64,000 nt of DNA. Origin: Nitrospinaceae bacterium. Lineage in GTDB: Bacteria; Nitrospinota; Nitrospinia; Nitrospinales; Nitrospinaceae. This document shows positions 10,452 through 19,892 of the stretch, piece by piece. Position numbers and translations under genes: made by a program. The DNA lies in assembly GCA_965237905.1 (NCBI GenBank), contig OZ250172.1, forward strand, positions 2,272,001 to 2,336,000, in the 5' to 3' direction. Positions within the stretch are counted from its first letter, which is position 1. Every line of letters begins with the position of its first letter. The notes beneath the pieces are model-generated. The model did not search any database. It had not been told where the DNA came from and saw nothing but the letters and a program-made list of their open reading frames with translations.

Positions 10452-10604
10452 GCGGGAGCGCTATACTGTTAATCGAAACATTCCGGCCAGCGTAATGCTG
10501 AACCCAAAATATTCCTTCGCCAGTCAAGGTTTTAAAGTTACCAGCGGAGGTACTCCGCGTGCGTTTAAGATTTTCCCCAATCACATCGAAATCGGTTTCT
10601 GAAA

Positions 10605-11546
10605 TTATTCCGCCTGGGGTTGGGGGGAGGGATGGAGGTTGGATTTGAAGGTGGCGAAGATGTCCTGGATCGGGGGGATGAGTTTGGCCTGTAATTCCTC
10701 CGGTACCCAGTTGATTTTTTCGACCGGCCAGTCCTGAACTTGTGCCACGTCCAATCCGTACTTGGAGTAATGGTCCGCCAGGGTTTGTTCGTAACCGTAC
10801 ACCAGCGCGTTCTCCAGAATTTTGTGGTACAGGTCGCGTATCTGCAGAGGATCGAACAAGCCTTCGAGAAACGTCTGGGTCATTTCCGCGATGAGGGGTT
10901 CGGCGTGTTCCAGAAACTCCCGCGAGTGTGCTTTCTCCAGCGTGCGGTAGGTAATGATCACATCCTGTAACAGGTATTTGATCGTTTTGGGATCGGTCAG
11001 TACCGGGCCCCGCTCGATGTCCAGACTGTTTTTGAGTTCCTTCACCAGCCGCACTGAATCGTAAAGGATGGACTGCTCCCACCCGGCCTGGTTCCAGACG
11101 ATGATCGGCCTCAGCCAGTTGATCTTGCGGTTGGCGTCTTCCAAGTGCATGGTGATGGTAGGGCGGGTTTTGTTGCTGTGCGGCAGGCGGCCGCCCCACA
11201 TTTTGAGATCGAGTGCCAGCCCGTAGGGCAGGAACACTTCCGCGAGCGTCTTGAAGTAGATGCTCACCAGTTTTTCCATGTTTTCATGTTTGTCGAGCGG
11301 GCTGTTCTGCGGCAGGTTGACGATGCAGTAGAACCGCCATATTCGCCGGAGCGATTTGCCGAAGGGGTCGGCGATCAGGTACGTGCCGCCCCAGATGCCG
11401 GAGGTGATGGGCACGACGATGTTGTGTATCTGGCGCATTCGAGAAGCGACGCAAACAGCGACCTTACCGTACAACTCGTTCAGGTAGTAGAGGTTGATGC
11501 AGTCGTCTTCAGTAAATACCGGTCCAGAGGCTTTGGGCGCTTCCAT
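10605..11546 (-). CDS. conserved-looking hypothetical protein
   Basis: 313-aa ORF with strong coding-like composition; no family recognised. Confidence 0.75.
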   Translation of the reverse strand: MEAPKASGPVFTEDDCINLYYLNELYGKVAVCVASRMRQIHNIVVPITSGIWGGTYLIADPFGKSLRRIWRFYCIVNLPQNSPLDKHENMEKLVSIYFKTLAEVFLPYGLALDLKMWGGRLPHSNKTRPTITMHLEDANRKINWLRPIIVWNQAGWEQSILYDSVRLVKELKNSLDIERGPVLTDPKTIKYLLQDVIITYRTLEKAHSREFLEHAEPLIAEMTQTFLEGLFDPLQIRDLYHKILENALVYGYEQTLADHYSKYGLDVAQVQDWPVEKINWVPEELQAKLIPPIQDIFATFKSNLHPSPQPQAE

Positions 11547-11722
11547 GGGAAAATCGTCTCGTCATCCAGCGGTTCGTGTTGGTGTCGCGAGTACAAGGCC
11601 CTTTTCTTATCATATTCAGGTCAAAAAATCTTGGATTTATTTCGTTCTAAAGGATGAAGCAGGACGGGTTTTCAGGATAATTTTTCTAGCGAGAGGGCGG
11701 GGAGCGGTGATTTTGAGCGGGG

Positions 11723-11995
11723 TTAGAGCCCCTCTTCCACGGATGCGTTGGTTTCGCTGATGACGATGATATGGTTTTTGTTCACCGCCATAAAGGGAAC
11801 CTGATAAAGGAGTTTGCCGGATTCCTCGTCATAGACAGCCGCGTTGGACACCGCGACAAATTTGTCAACATCACTGTTCATTAAATCCAGGAGGCGCATG
11901 TTGGGCAAGCAATGGACGGCGCCTTCGATTTTTTCTCCAGCGGTCCGGATAATGGTTTTAATCTTAACCTTTTTGACCATGCTTTTATAAGCCAT
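11723..11995 (-). CDS. small hypothetical protein (DUF6812-like)
   Basis: GGAGG SD before ATG 11995; IEGAVH..RLLDLMN..FVAVSNA..FMAVNKNHII pattern. Confidence 0.7.
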   Translation of the reverse strand: MAYKSMVKKVKIKTIIRTAGEKIEGAVHCLPNMRLLDLMNSDVDKFVAVSNAAVYDEESGKLLYQVPFMAVNKNHIIVISETNASVEEGL

Positions 11996-12143
11996 GCGAT
12001 CAAGCCTCCATGAATTATCATATTCTGCATAAGATACTGTAAACCTTATAATTAAAAGTGTAACGCCCTCCCTCTCCAAAATCCAGTAAAACCTTTGATT
12101 TTTGGAAACTTGGAACATGCGAAAGAAATTGAAGAAGGGGAGG

Positions 12144-13190
12144 TTAACCGTGCAGAGCGTTGAACTGAATGCGGTGAATTCCGGACGTTCCGGAGGGAAA
12201 CGGGTCGCGCTGGCCATCGCGCTGGATCCCGCTGTATTGATCGGCGGCGCGGACGGCAACGGAATAGCGGCCACGTCGGGGCAATGCCATGGGAAAGGAC
12301 CAGAATACCCAACTGTACGGGGACAACGGTTTTTCCAGTTTGGCGAGGGACCAGCTCCGTTCGCCGTCGGTGCTTACCTGGACATATTGAATGCCCCGGT
12401 CCCCGGCGAAGGCAATCCCTCGCAGGATGGTTTTCGAGCCCCGCACCCGGGACCCGTTTTTGGGGAAGTCGATGCGTGAGATGATTTTCACTTTACCGTC
12501 GCGGGACCAGTTTCTTTTCTCCCAGTAGCCGGTATGGGTTTCATTGGACACTTCTATTTCACGGATCCATTTGACCTGCTTGATGCCGTACAGGCCGGGG
12601 ACCAGCAACCTCAGGGGGAAACCGTGTTCGCGCGGCAGGGGTTCGCCGTTCATGGTATGGGCCAGCAAAGCAGAACGGTGACGGCCCCGGCTCAGAGGGA
12701 TGCTGTCGTGGTAGCCGTCGGCCCCTTTAAAGATGAGCGTCTTGGTAAAAAAGTCCGGGTCGGCCTCGTCCAGTAACTCTCTCAGGGAAACCCCTTCCCA
12801 TTCGGCATTACCCAGGGCGTAACCGCCGACCGGGTTGCCGATACAGCTCAAGGTAATAATTCGCCGGACAGTGGGCCGTTTCCGGATTTGATCGAGGGAC
12901 AGGGTCAGAGGTTGGTCGACTTTCCCGGTAATTTTCAGACGCCAGGTTTCGGTATTCAGGGGTTTCGGAGGGCCGTGGATGTCTTCAACATAAAATTCAG
13001 AATTGGGAGTGATGGGCGTCACAGCACCTGCCGGCACGGTTGTCTTGAGTTGCATATCCGCGACAGGAGTAATCGAATAGGACTCCAGGGATTCTCCAAA
13101 AGAAAAACGGGCCGCCAGGGCCCGTAAAGGATAAAACACCAGGGATAAAACGCTAAACAACAGGCAACGCAGAAACTGGTAACGCGTCAT
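12144..13190 (-). CDS. molybdopterin-dependent oxidoreductase, sulfite oxidase family
   Basis: TPNSEFYV, Mo-ligand LSCIGN, GNAEWEGV, MNGEPLPREHGFPLRL, PGLYGIKQVKWI, C-terminal dimerisation domain. Confidence 0.92.
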   Translation of the reverse strand: MTRYQFLRCLLFSVLSLVFYPLRALAARFSFGESLESYSITPVADMQLKTTVPAGAVTPITPNSEFYVEDIHGPPKPLNTETWRLKITGKVDQPLTLSLDQIRKRPTVRRIITLSCIGNPVGGYALGNAEWEGVSLRELLDEADPDFFTKTLIFKGADGYHDSIPLSRGRHRSALLAHTMNGEPLPREHGFPLRLLVPGLYGIKQVKWIREIEVSNETHTGYWEKRNWSRDGKVKIISRIDFPKNGSRVRGSKTILRGIAFAGDRGIQYVQVSTDGERSWSLAKLEKPLSPYSWVFWSFPMALPRRGRYSVAVRAADQYSGIQRDGQRDPFPSGTSGIHRIQFNALHG

Positions 13191-13211
13191 TGCTGTTCAC
13201 CCAAGACCGGG

Positions 13212-14183
13212 TTAGTCGCAACAGGAATCATCGTTCGAGGGTGTTTCATCGGGATCGATGATATTGAACATCTCCCGATAGGGATGAGATTCGAGCAAGC
13301 TTGCGAAATCCTCATCCACTTCCACGGGAACGCCCATGGGAAACTGGATGTTCTGAAAAGTGGCCGCATGCAAGGGGCCGGCATAAATCGCCTGCACCTT
13401 TCCGGGACAACAGGATTGTTCAACGGGTACGGGTTTGTAGGCGGTCAGGATATAGGAATAGAACCGGATGCCCTCGACGGTTTTCCACAAGTAATCCTTT
13501 TTCAGGGTGAAGCCGTGGAAATCGGTCTGTTTCGAATAGTTAATGAACTCATCGAGAGTCAGCGCGCCGGAGACGCATTCGCCCCACAATTCGCGGTTGT
13601 TGCGCATTTCCTGCGGAACCGGTTTGTCCGAAATGATATCGGCGATGACGAATCGGCCGCCGGGTTTCAGGATTCGGTGAATTTCGCGGAAGACTTCTTC
13701 CTTGTCGGTGGACAGATTGATAACGCAGTTGGAAGTGACCACATCCACGGACTGATCGTCCATGGGAATGGCTTCCAGAAAACCGTGTTTGAATTCGATA
13801 TTGTTGTACCCCAGGTTTTTGGAAACCTGTTCGGCGTTTTTGCGGGCATTGGCGAGCATATTCTCCGTCATATCCACGCCGGTGACCTTGCCCTTCGGTC
13901 CCACAATTTTTGCGGCGATGAAACAGTCGATGCCGCCGCCGGAGCCGAGGTCTATCATGGATTCGCCGGGAGCGATGTTGGCCCGGTTCACGGGACTGCC
14001 GCATCCGTAGGAAATGTCCATCACCTCGGAAGGAATATGCGAAAGGTCACCGGGATCGTAATTGACCGGGCAACACAAACTTTCCTGGGTAGCGACCGCC
14101 GCCTTGGAATAATAATCGCGGACGTCGTTGCGGGTGACTTCAGAACACGTTTCGGTTTCAGTACCGGCTCTCCTGTCATTCAT
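13212..14183 (-). CDS. arsM: arsenite S-adenosylmethionine methyltransferase-like protein
   Basis: LCC, YGCGSP, DLGSGGGIDCF, GVDMT, SNCVINL, WGECVSGA; GAAAGGA SD before ATG 14183. Confidence 0.8.
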   Translation of the reverse strand: MNDRRAGTETETCSEVTRNDVRDYYSKAAVATQESLCCPVNYDPGDLSHIPSEVMDISYGCGSPVNRANIAPGESMIDLGSGGGIDCFIAAKIVGPKGKVTGVDMTENMLANARKNAEQVSKNLGYNNIEFKHGFLEAIPMDDQSVDVVTSNCVINLSTDKEEVFREIHRILKPGGRFVIADIISDKPVPQEMRNNRELWGECVSGALTLDEFINYSKQTDFHGFTLKKDYLWKTVEGIRFYSYILTAYKPVPVEQSCCPGKVQAIYAGPLHAATFQNIQFPMGVPVEVDEDFASLLESHPYREMFNIIDPDETPSNDDSCCD

Positions 14184-14214
14184 CTGAACATTCCTTTCCA
14201 ATTATATAAATTCA

Positions 14215-14520
14215 TCAACTTGATTGTTTAAGGGAATCTTTGATTTTGGTTTTAGCTTGCTCGCTGAGGACCTCCTGCTGTTGCGTCGGTGCTTCCTCCC
14301 TTCCCAGTTTCCGGGCGAGTGCGCGGATGGTTTCCAGTTGTTTTTTATAAAAGCAACAAACGTCGCAAATGGCAAGATGAAATTTGAGCCGCAGGCGTTT
14401 GCCTAAAGGTAGGGAGCGATCCATCGTCTCCGAAATGAGGGGCGTGGTGTCCCTACACGTCATTTGGAACCATTGGAGCAGCCGCCCCATGAATTTTACC
14501 ATTATAGAGTTTGATTTCAT
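14215..14520 (-). CDS. zinc-binding anti-sigma factor (zf-HC2)
   Basis: MTC...HLAICDVC (HxxxCxxC); TAATG overlap with the sigma gene. Confidence 0.85.
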   Translation of the reverse strand: MKSNSIMVKFMGRLLQWFQMTCRDTTPLISETMDRSLPLGKRLRLKFHLAICDVCCFYKKQLETIRALARKLGREEAPTQQQEVLSEQAKTKIKDSLKQSS

Positions 14521-15095
14521 TACTGCTTCGTATCCCAATGACTCGTTTCCAGGCATTTACGGAGTTGGTTCCGGGCCCGGTGTAAAATCACCCACAAATT
14601 GGTCGGGTTGATATCCATTTCCTTACAAATTTCCTCGGAGGCCAACCCTTCTATCTCCTTTAAAACAAATATGTTACGGAATTTATCTGACAATTTGTCC
14701 AGGCATTGAGCCATGGCTTCCACAAGTTGCTTGTTTTCAGCCGCTTTGTGGGGATCAGTATCCCAGTTTTTGGGAGCGTTTTCCCAATGTCCGTCTTGGT
14801 GGTAAGCGTTTTCCAAGGGATCGGATCCGTCGTCCGGTGTCAGCTCAAACGTTCTCCGGGTTTTCAATTCCCTGAAATGGTCCAGGATTTTATGTTTCAA
14901 AATGCCGAACAACCAGCTTTTTTCCGTAGATCTTCCCTGGAAAGAGCCTTTGGCCTGCAGAGCAGCGAGCAGGGTCACTTGTACGATCTCCTCGGCGGCA
15001 TCAGGATTTTTCACCCGGACCAGAGTGTATCGATACAGCATATCACCGTATCGGTCCACCCACAAATCGCTATTCAGAGTTTCCGGCATTTTCAC
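14520..15095 (-). CDS. ECF RNA polymerase sigma factor
   Basis: AAEEIVQVTL, FQGRSTEKSWLFGILKHK (region 2); EGLASEEIC..LWVILHRAR (region 4). Confidence 0.92.
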   Translation of the reverse strand: MKMPETLNSDLWVDRYGDMLYRYTLVRVKNPDAAEEIVQVTLLAALQAKGSFQGRSTEKSWLFGILKHKILDHFRELKTRRTFELTPDDGSDPLENAYHQDGHWENAPKNWDTDPHKAAENKQLVEAMAQCLDKLSDKFRNIFVLKEIEGLASEEICKEMDINPTNLWVILHRARNQLRKCLETSHWDTKQ

Positions 15096-15122
15096 GATAA
15101 TCCCACTCTAAGATTGCTGTTG

Positions 15123-15152
15123 TTGACTTCCACCTCTCGAAGCTCATATACT
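15123..15152 (+). promoter_or_regulatory. sigma70-type promoter, probably giving a leaderless arsR transcript
   Basis: TTGACT-18-TATACT; ATG follows 7 nt after the -10 box. Confidence 0.55.
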
Positions 15153-15159
15153 GGCTTCC

Positions 15160-15558
15160 ATGAACCAGACACCCGATGCAGGGCAATGCGCCAAAATACT
15201 AAAATCACTGGCCGATGAGTCGCGCTTGAAAATCGTCCGCCTTTTGCTGAACGGAGAAAAAAGCGTTTCCGAAGTGGTCCGCTCCCTCCGCATGGCTCAG
15301 CCACAGGTCTCGCATCACCTTTCGATTTTGAGGGGTTCCGGGTTGGTGGATACCCGAAGAGAGGGTAAAAAAATCATCAACTTCATTGATCCGGAAGTTA
15401 AATATATTCTAAAAAAGAAAGAAATCGGTCTGGATCTGGGATGTTGTTCCATCCAATTTGACGAAACTCCGAACCCCCCCCACTTCCTGAAGTTGTCAAG
15501 CACCACCCCTCCTCAAGATATAGCTTCGGCATTATACCTATTTCGACGATCCAATTAA
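15160..15558 (+). CDS. ArsR/SmtB family transcriptional regulator
   Basis: LKSLADESRLKIV, VSHHLSILR, GLVDTRREG; C-terminal GCC. Confidence 0.9.
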   Translation: MNQTPDAGQCAKILKSLADESRLKIVRLLLNGEKSVSEVVRSLRMAQPQVSHHLSILRGSGLVDTRREGKKIINFIDPEVKYILKKKEIGLDLGCCSIQFDETPNPPHFLKLSSTTPPQDIASALYLFRRSN

Positions 15559-18500
15559 AAGGACTTATTTGAAGGGGTTTGTGCCAAGTGGGAGGGGTAC
15601 AGATTTTTATAAATTCCGTGGTTTCGAAACACGTGTTTGACGTAGCCCCGGGTTTCGGGATAGGGGATGGATTCGACAAAGACGTCCATATCCTTGATAC
15701 TGCGGAATCGTTTGAGCCAGGCCTGCAACACTTTTGGCCCGGCGTTGTAGGTGATCAGAATGTAAACGCCATTGCCTTTGTGTTTTCGGGTGAGATTGCT
15801 CAGATACCGGACGCCCAGGCGGATGTTGATATCCGGCTCGAACAGGAAATCCGTGTCAAAGGTTTGGTTCGGATGGGTCCATGCGAACAGGCGTTTGCCA
15901 GTCTTGGGCATGATCTGCATCAGACCCCGCGCTCCGGCGGGTGACAGGGACCTCGTGTTGTACATGCTTTCCTGTCGAATCAGGCTTTTCACCAACCAGG
16001 GGTCCAGATCGTACTTCCCAGCTTCAATTTTTACATACTCCGAGTAGACCGAAGGATAAAAGTTGATCCAAAATTGCCGGGGCAGTTCCTTCTCGCCATG
16101 TTTGGTTTTGAAATCCTTGAACAATTGAAGGACTTGCAGTGAGTCGGCATAGGCTTGCGCGCGATTGTACCAATGAGATAACCACATGACACCGGAAAGA
16201 TTTTTTCGAATGGATCTCCCCAATCTCAACAACTCGATCCGGGCCTGGGTGAATTCTCTCAGCTCGATCAGCTCGGATGCGCGTTTGAAATGAAATCTTT
16301 CTCTTGCAGACAAGCGACGCCCCGGTTGAGTAAAGGAGTGTTTCTTCTTATAGGAGGCTTTTCGGAAAGGCGAGAAGCCTTGCAAGGGTGTGGGGAATAC
16401 CTCATCCAAATGATTGATGGCCTCCAAGCCGTAATAGGTGTAGGGAAATCGATGGGCCAAATCCTTAAACAGGATCTGAGCTGCCGATGTTTTGTCCAGT
16501 TTTTCGGCCGCCTTGGCCATCCAGAATAAGTTTTTATCCGTGAGGTTGCCTTTAGGAGATTGGTCGAGGTTGTCTTTGAATTGATCGAAAGCTTTCTGCC
16601 ACTGTCCGGCTTTAAAATGAATCCACCCGCTTCTCCATGCCGCCATTTCCCCCTGCATTTCACGACCGAATTTCCGCGCCAGGATTCGGTACGTTCCGAG
16701 AGCTTTTGCGTGCTTTTGGATATCCTCATAAATGCGCCCCTGATAAAACAGGGGCTGTGGAACCCATCTGGAATTCGGGGATGTTTTTATAAGGGTGTTG
16801 ATGTGGCTCAAGGCTCCGGAGGGATTGCCCAGATTCCACAGGTTCCCCGCTATGAGAAAATGCGCTTCGCTGGTTCGGCGGTGTTTGGGATACTTTCTTA
16901 AAAACTGCCGCAGAACAATATTGGCTTTGGACCGTTTGCGAAGGCCTTTGTGAGCTTCCGCCAAATAAAAGTAAAGGTCAGCGGGGAGAGGTTTGCCCCT
17001 CAATTTTTTTTGGATCGCCTTGATCTCCTGGATCACCGGGGTGTAGTCGACACTATTCAACAACGCGCGCATGCGTCGTCGGGTTTCTCTTAGAGTAAGA
17101 GGGCGGGGAGTCAGGGAAAGTTCTTTGACCATTCGATCCATTTGAACTTTGGCCTGAAAGCGTGCCGCAACTTTGGGGTGACGAATATAAAGCTTACGGT
17201 ACAGATTGTATACTTGGTCATGATCCCTCAAAAGTTTGGACAGCTTGACTTGGTGGTTGATGATATCAGGAACCAGCACTTTCCATTTCCGGGTGGAGAA
17301 CTTCCGGGAGATCAGTTTTTCCGTCTGTCTCAATTCTTTAATAGCCTCTTGAAAATTTCCCAGTTTCTCATGCGCATCGGCGCGAAGCAGGCGGACCTCA
17401 GGAATCAAGAGGGTGAGCGGGTGCTTTTTTAAAAGACGGGTAGTTTGTTTCAACACCGCTTGCCATTCTTCTTCGGCCTGGTAGATGCGGGCCAGCTCAA
17501 GCCGGATGTAATCCCCCATTTCGGGATATTCCCAGAGAACATTTTTCAGTTGGGTTTTTGCCTGGTCATAATTCTCTTGATGGGCGTAAATTTTCCCGAG
17601 CATAAAGCGCGTGCGTTTTTGTGTTTTCGGGTCCACCCCGGTGAGAAGGAGTTTTTCAAACAGGCCCTGGGCCTCATCCCACCGGCCGGAATGATATTCG
17701 TGAACTCCGGATTGAAACCATCCTTCGTTGGAGGCAGAAGCAGGCGCGGGACCCCACAGGAAAAGCCAGCCGCACAACAGGAGTGTCGCTCCGAGCGGTA
17801 CCTGTGCCAGAACTTTTTCCTTGATCTGTTGCGCTGTTTCGCCGGGATCGAGGAGCAGAGTGATCCGGGCGGCCATTTTTCTGAACCAAGTCAATTGACG
17901 TTTGGCGAAATGGCGGGTGTCCCGTTTGATCTCATAGACCGCACGGTCCAGCGGCAGGTCGCTTTCCAGATGTCGCGCCATTTGGGAATAGCCGATGCTT
18001 TGAAACGGTTTCAATCGAGAGCCGTAACCCTTGTTCAATAAGGATTCGACTTCCTCTTTCAATCCTGCGTCCATCATGATATCCACCCGGCGCTCGATTT
18101 GGTCGTAGAGATGTTGACGATCGGTTTCCAGTACGAACAGGTACGATTCAAATTCGTAATCGGCTGAGGCCTCCTCGGCATGAAATTCGGAGAACTTCCG
18201 GCCCGTTTCACGGTGGACCGATAACGCGCGTTCGATTCGCGATGGATCGGTCGGCTGAATTTTCCCGGCATAGTCCGGATCGACACCTGCCAACTCTGCG
18301 TGCATCTTCTGCGTTCCTTTCTGCTGGATTTCATCCTGGACCTGGCGACGGATCTCTGGAGATACGGAAATGGCGCAATCTCGGTCTTCCAGCAGGGTTT
18401 TCAAATAGAGACCGGTGCCTCCGACCATGATCGGAATCTTGTTCCGGTTTCGGATCTCCCGGATTTGCGCCAATGCCCGTTCCTTAAACTCAAACGCTGT

Positions 18501-18713
18501 GAACTCCTCATCGGGTTCGAGAATATCAATCAGGTGATGGGTGACGCGCTCCCGCTCAGCCTGGGAGGGCTTGGCTGTCCCGATATCGAAATGCTTGTAG
18601 ACCTGCATGGAGTCGGCGCTGATAATTTCAGTGCCGAGATGCTCCGCCAGGGCTAGCGCAGTTTTACTTTTACCTGAGGCGGTGGGACCGCTCAGGATAA
18701 TTAAAGGAAGCAT
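15555..18713 (-). CDS. miaA: tRNA dimethylallyltransferase fused to TPR and lytic transglycosylase (SLT) domains
   Basis: GPTASGKS, DSMQVY, IGTAKP, VGGTGLY, FAKRQLTWFR; then a hydrophobic segment, TPRs, and SLT motifs IRQES, GLMQIMP, YNAGP, ETRGYV in one frame. Confidence 0.9.
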   Translation of the reverse strand: MLPLIILSGPTASGKSKTALALAEHLGTEIISADSMQVYKHFDIGTAKPSQAERERVTHHLIDILEPDEEFTAFEFKERALAQIREIRNRNKIPIMVGGTGLYLKTLLEDRDCAISVSPEIRRQVQDEIQQKGTQKMHAELAGVDPDYAGKIQPTDPSRIERALSVHRETGRKFSEFHAEEASADYEFESYLFVLETDRQHLYDQIERRVDIMMDAGLKEEVESLLNKGYGSRLKPFQSIGYSQMARHLESDLPLDRAVYEIKRDTRHFAKRQLTWFRKMAARITLLLDPGETAQQIKEKVLAQVPLGATLLLCGWLFLWGPAPASASNEGWFQSGVHEYHSGRWDEAQGLFEKLLLTGVDPKTQKRTRFMLGKIYAHQENYDQAKTQLKNVLWEYPEMGDYIRLELARIYQAEEEWQAVLKQTTRLLKKHPLTLLIPEVRLLRADAHEKLGNFQEAIKELRQTEKLISRKFSTRKWKVLVPDIINHQVKLSKLLRDHDQVYNLYRKLYIRHPKVAARFQAKVQMDRMVKELSLTPRPLTLRETRRRMRALLNSVDYTPVIQEIKAIQKKLRGKPLPADLYFYLAEAHKGLRKRSKANIVLRQFLRKYPKHRRTSEAHFLIAGNLWNLGNPSGALSHINTLIKTSPNSRWVPQPLFYQGRIYEDIQKHAKALGTYRILARKFGREMQGEMAAWRSGWIHFKAGQWQKAFDQFKDNLDQSPKGNLTDKNLFWMAKAAEKLDKTSAAQILFKDLAHRFPYTYYGLEAINHLDEVFPTPLQGFSPFRKASYKKKHSFTQPGRRLSARERFHFKRASELIELREFTQARIELLRLGRSIRKNLSGVMWLSHWYNRAQAYADSLQVLQLFKDFKTKHGEKELPRQFWINFYPSVYSEYVKIEAGKYDLDPWLVKSLIRQESMYNTRSLSPAGARGLMQIMPKTGKRLFAWTHPNQTFDTDFLFEPDINIRLGVRYLSNLTRKHKGNGVYILITYNAGPKVLQAWLKRFRSIKDMDVFVESIPYPETRGYVKHVFRNHGIYKNLYPSHLAQTPSNKSF

Positions 18714-19410
18714 AAATTTCCTGCATGGTTTGTGTGTAACTGCCATCGGGATGATAGATGGTCAATGTTTGCTCTAAAGGTGTTTGAGGAGCCTCCCCCT
18801 TGACCGCCTCCACGAGGCAGATTTTCGGAGCGACCTCTTCATGACCGAACACCCGGACAAACCGGGTCGGGTTCAACTGAACCTTCCGGAGTTGTTTCAT
18901 TACCTCTTCCAGCCGGTAGAAAGGATAGGCCAGTGCGATTTTGCCTCCCGGTTTTAACAGGGGGGCACCTACCGCGGTTACAGTCTCCAGCGTCAGGGCC
19001 AGCTCGTGCCGCGCCAGGGCTTTTTCCCGGCAGGGATTTATTTTACCGCTGTTCACTTTCCGGTAAGGCGGATTGCTCAGAATCCAATCGAACGATTCAG
19101 GTTCCAAATCGCTGGCGACGGCCTGGAAATCTCCTTCCACCACCCGGATGCGATGGGACCAACCGTTGGTTGCTACATTATCCATCGCGCTTTGGTACAG
19201 GGATTTTTGAATTTCGACGGCGGTGATTTCCAGATCCGCCTGGCGGCTCATCAGGAGCAGGGGAATGACGCCGCACCCGGTTCCGATATCCAGAATTCTG
19301 GACCCTCCGGCCGGTCGGACCCAGTGGGCGAGCAGAAACGGCTCCACCGAATACCGGTAGCCCTCTGGATTTTGACTGATAGTGATTTGCTCGGCGATCT
19401 GGTTTTCCAT
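18670..19410 (-). CDS. tRNA1(Val) (adenine37-N6)-methyltransferase family (YfiC/TrmN6-like)
   Basis: GYRYS, ILDIGTGCG, SNPPY, ARHE. Confidence 0.85.
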   Translation of the reverse strand: MENQIAEQITISQNPEGYRYSVEPFLLAHWVRPAGGSRILDIGTGCGVIPLLLMSRQADLEITAVEIQKSLYQSAMDNVATNGWSHRIRVVEGDFQAVASDLEPESFDWILSNPPYRKVNSGKINPCREKALARHELALTLETVTAVGAPLLKPGGKIALAYPFYRLEEVMKQLRKVQLNPTRFVRVFGHEEVAPKICLVEAVKGEAPQTPLEQTLTIYHPDGSYTQTMQEIYASFNYPERSHRLR

Positions 19411-19604
19411 TTAGGTCCCTTATCAGGGCTCTCCCCGTCCTAAGTGGTTAAAAATATTATAATTAAAGTCTAACGCATTCCTTGGAACCGGGCAACCCGC
19501 CGAAAACGGCTAAAAAGGGGTATCTCTTTGATTTTATTGTGCTATAATTTTTTAATAGGATGTATAGCTGAAATACACCGAAACCTTTAACGCCAGGTGA
19601 TCAC

Positions 19605-19880
19605 TTGGGCGAATTCTTGGGCCAGTTTTTTAATGAAGATCAGGTTTTTGGCGCCATCCTGTTTTTTGCCGGGACGGCTCTGTTGACTTGGTGCGCCAAG
19701 GTGGAACGCGTGGAATTGGCCAAGATGCGGGACCCCAAGTTGAAATGGGCGTATATCGATGCCGATGGGAAGAAGCGTGACGAAGTCAGAAAAAGGAACA
19801 GGCGCAGTATTATTGTCAACATTATTGGGGGTGGCATGGCTGCGTACGGTCTTTGGGATTTTCTGACGAACATTAAATAA
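19605..19880 (+). CDS. small two-TM membrane protein
   Basis: 91 aa with two hydrophobic segments; AGGTGA SD before TTG; TGnTATAAT upstream. Confidence 0.65.
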   Translation: MGEFLGQFFNEDQVFGAILFFAGTALLTWCAKVERVELAKMRDPKLKWAYIDADGKKRDEVRKRNRRSIIVNIIGGGMAAYGLWDFLTNIK

Positions 19881-19892
19881 GAAACGGTGTTG

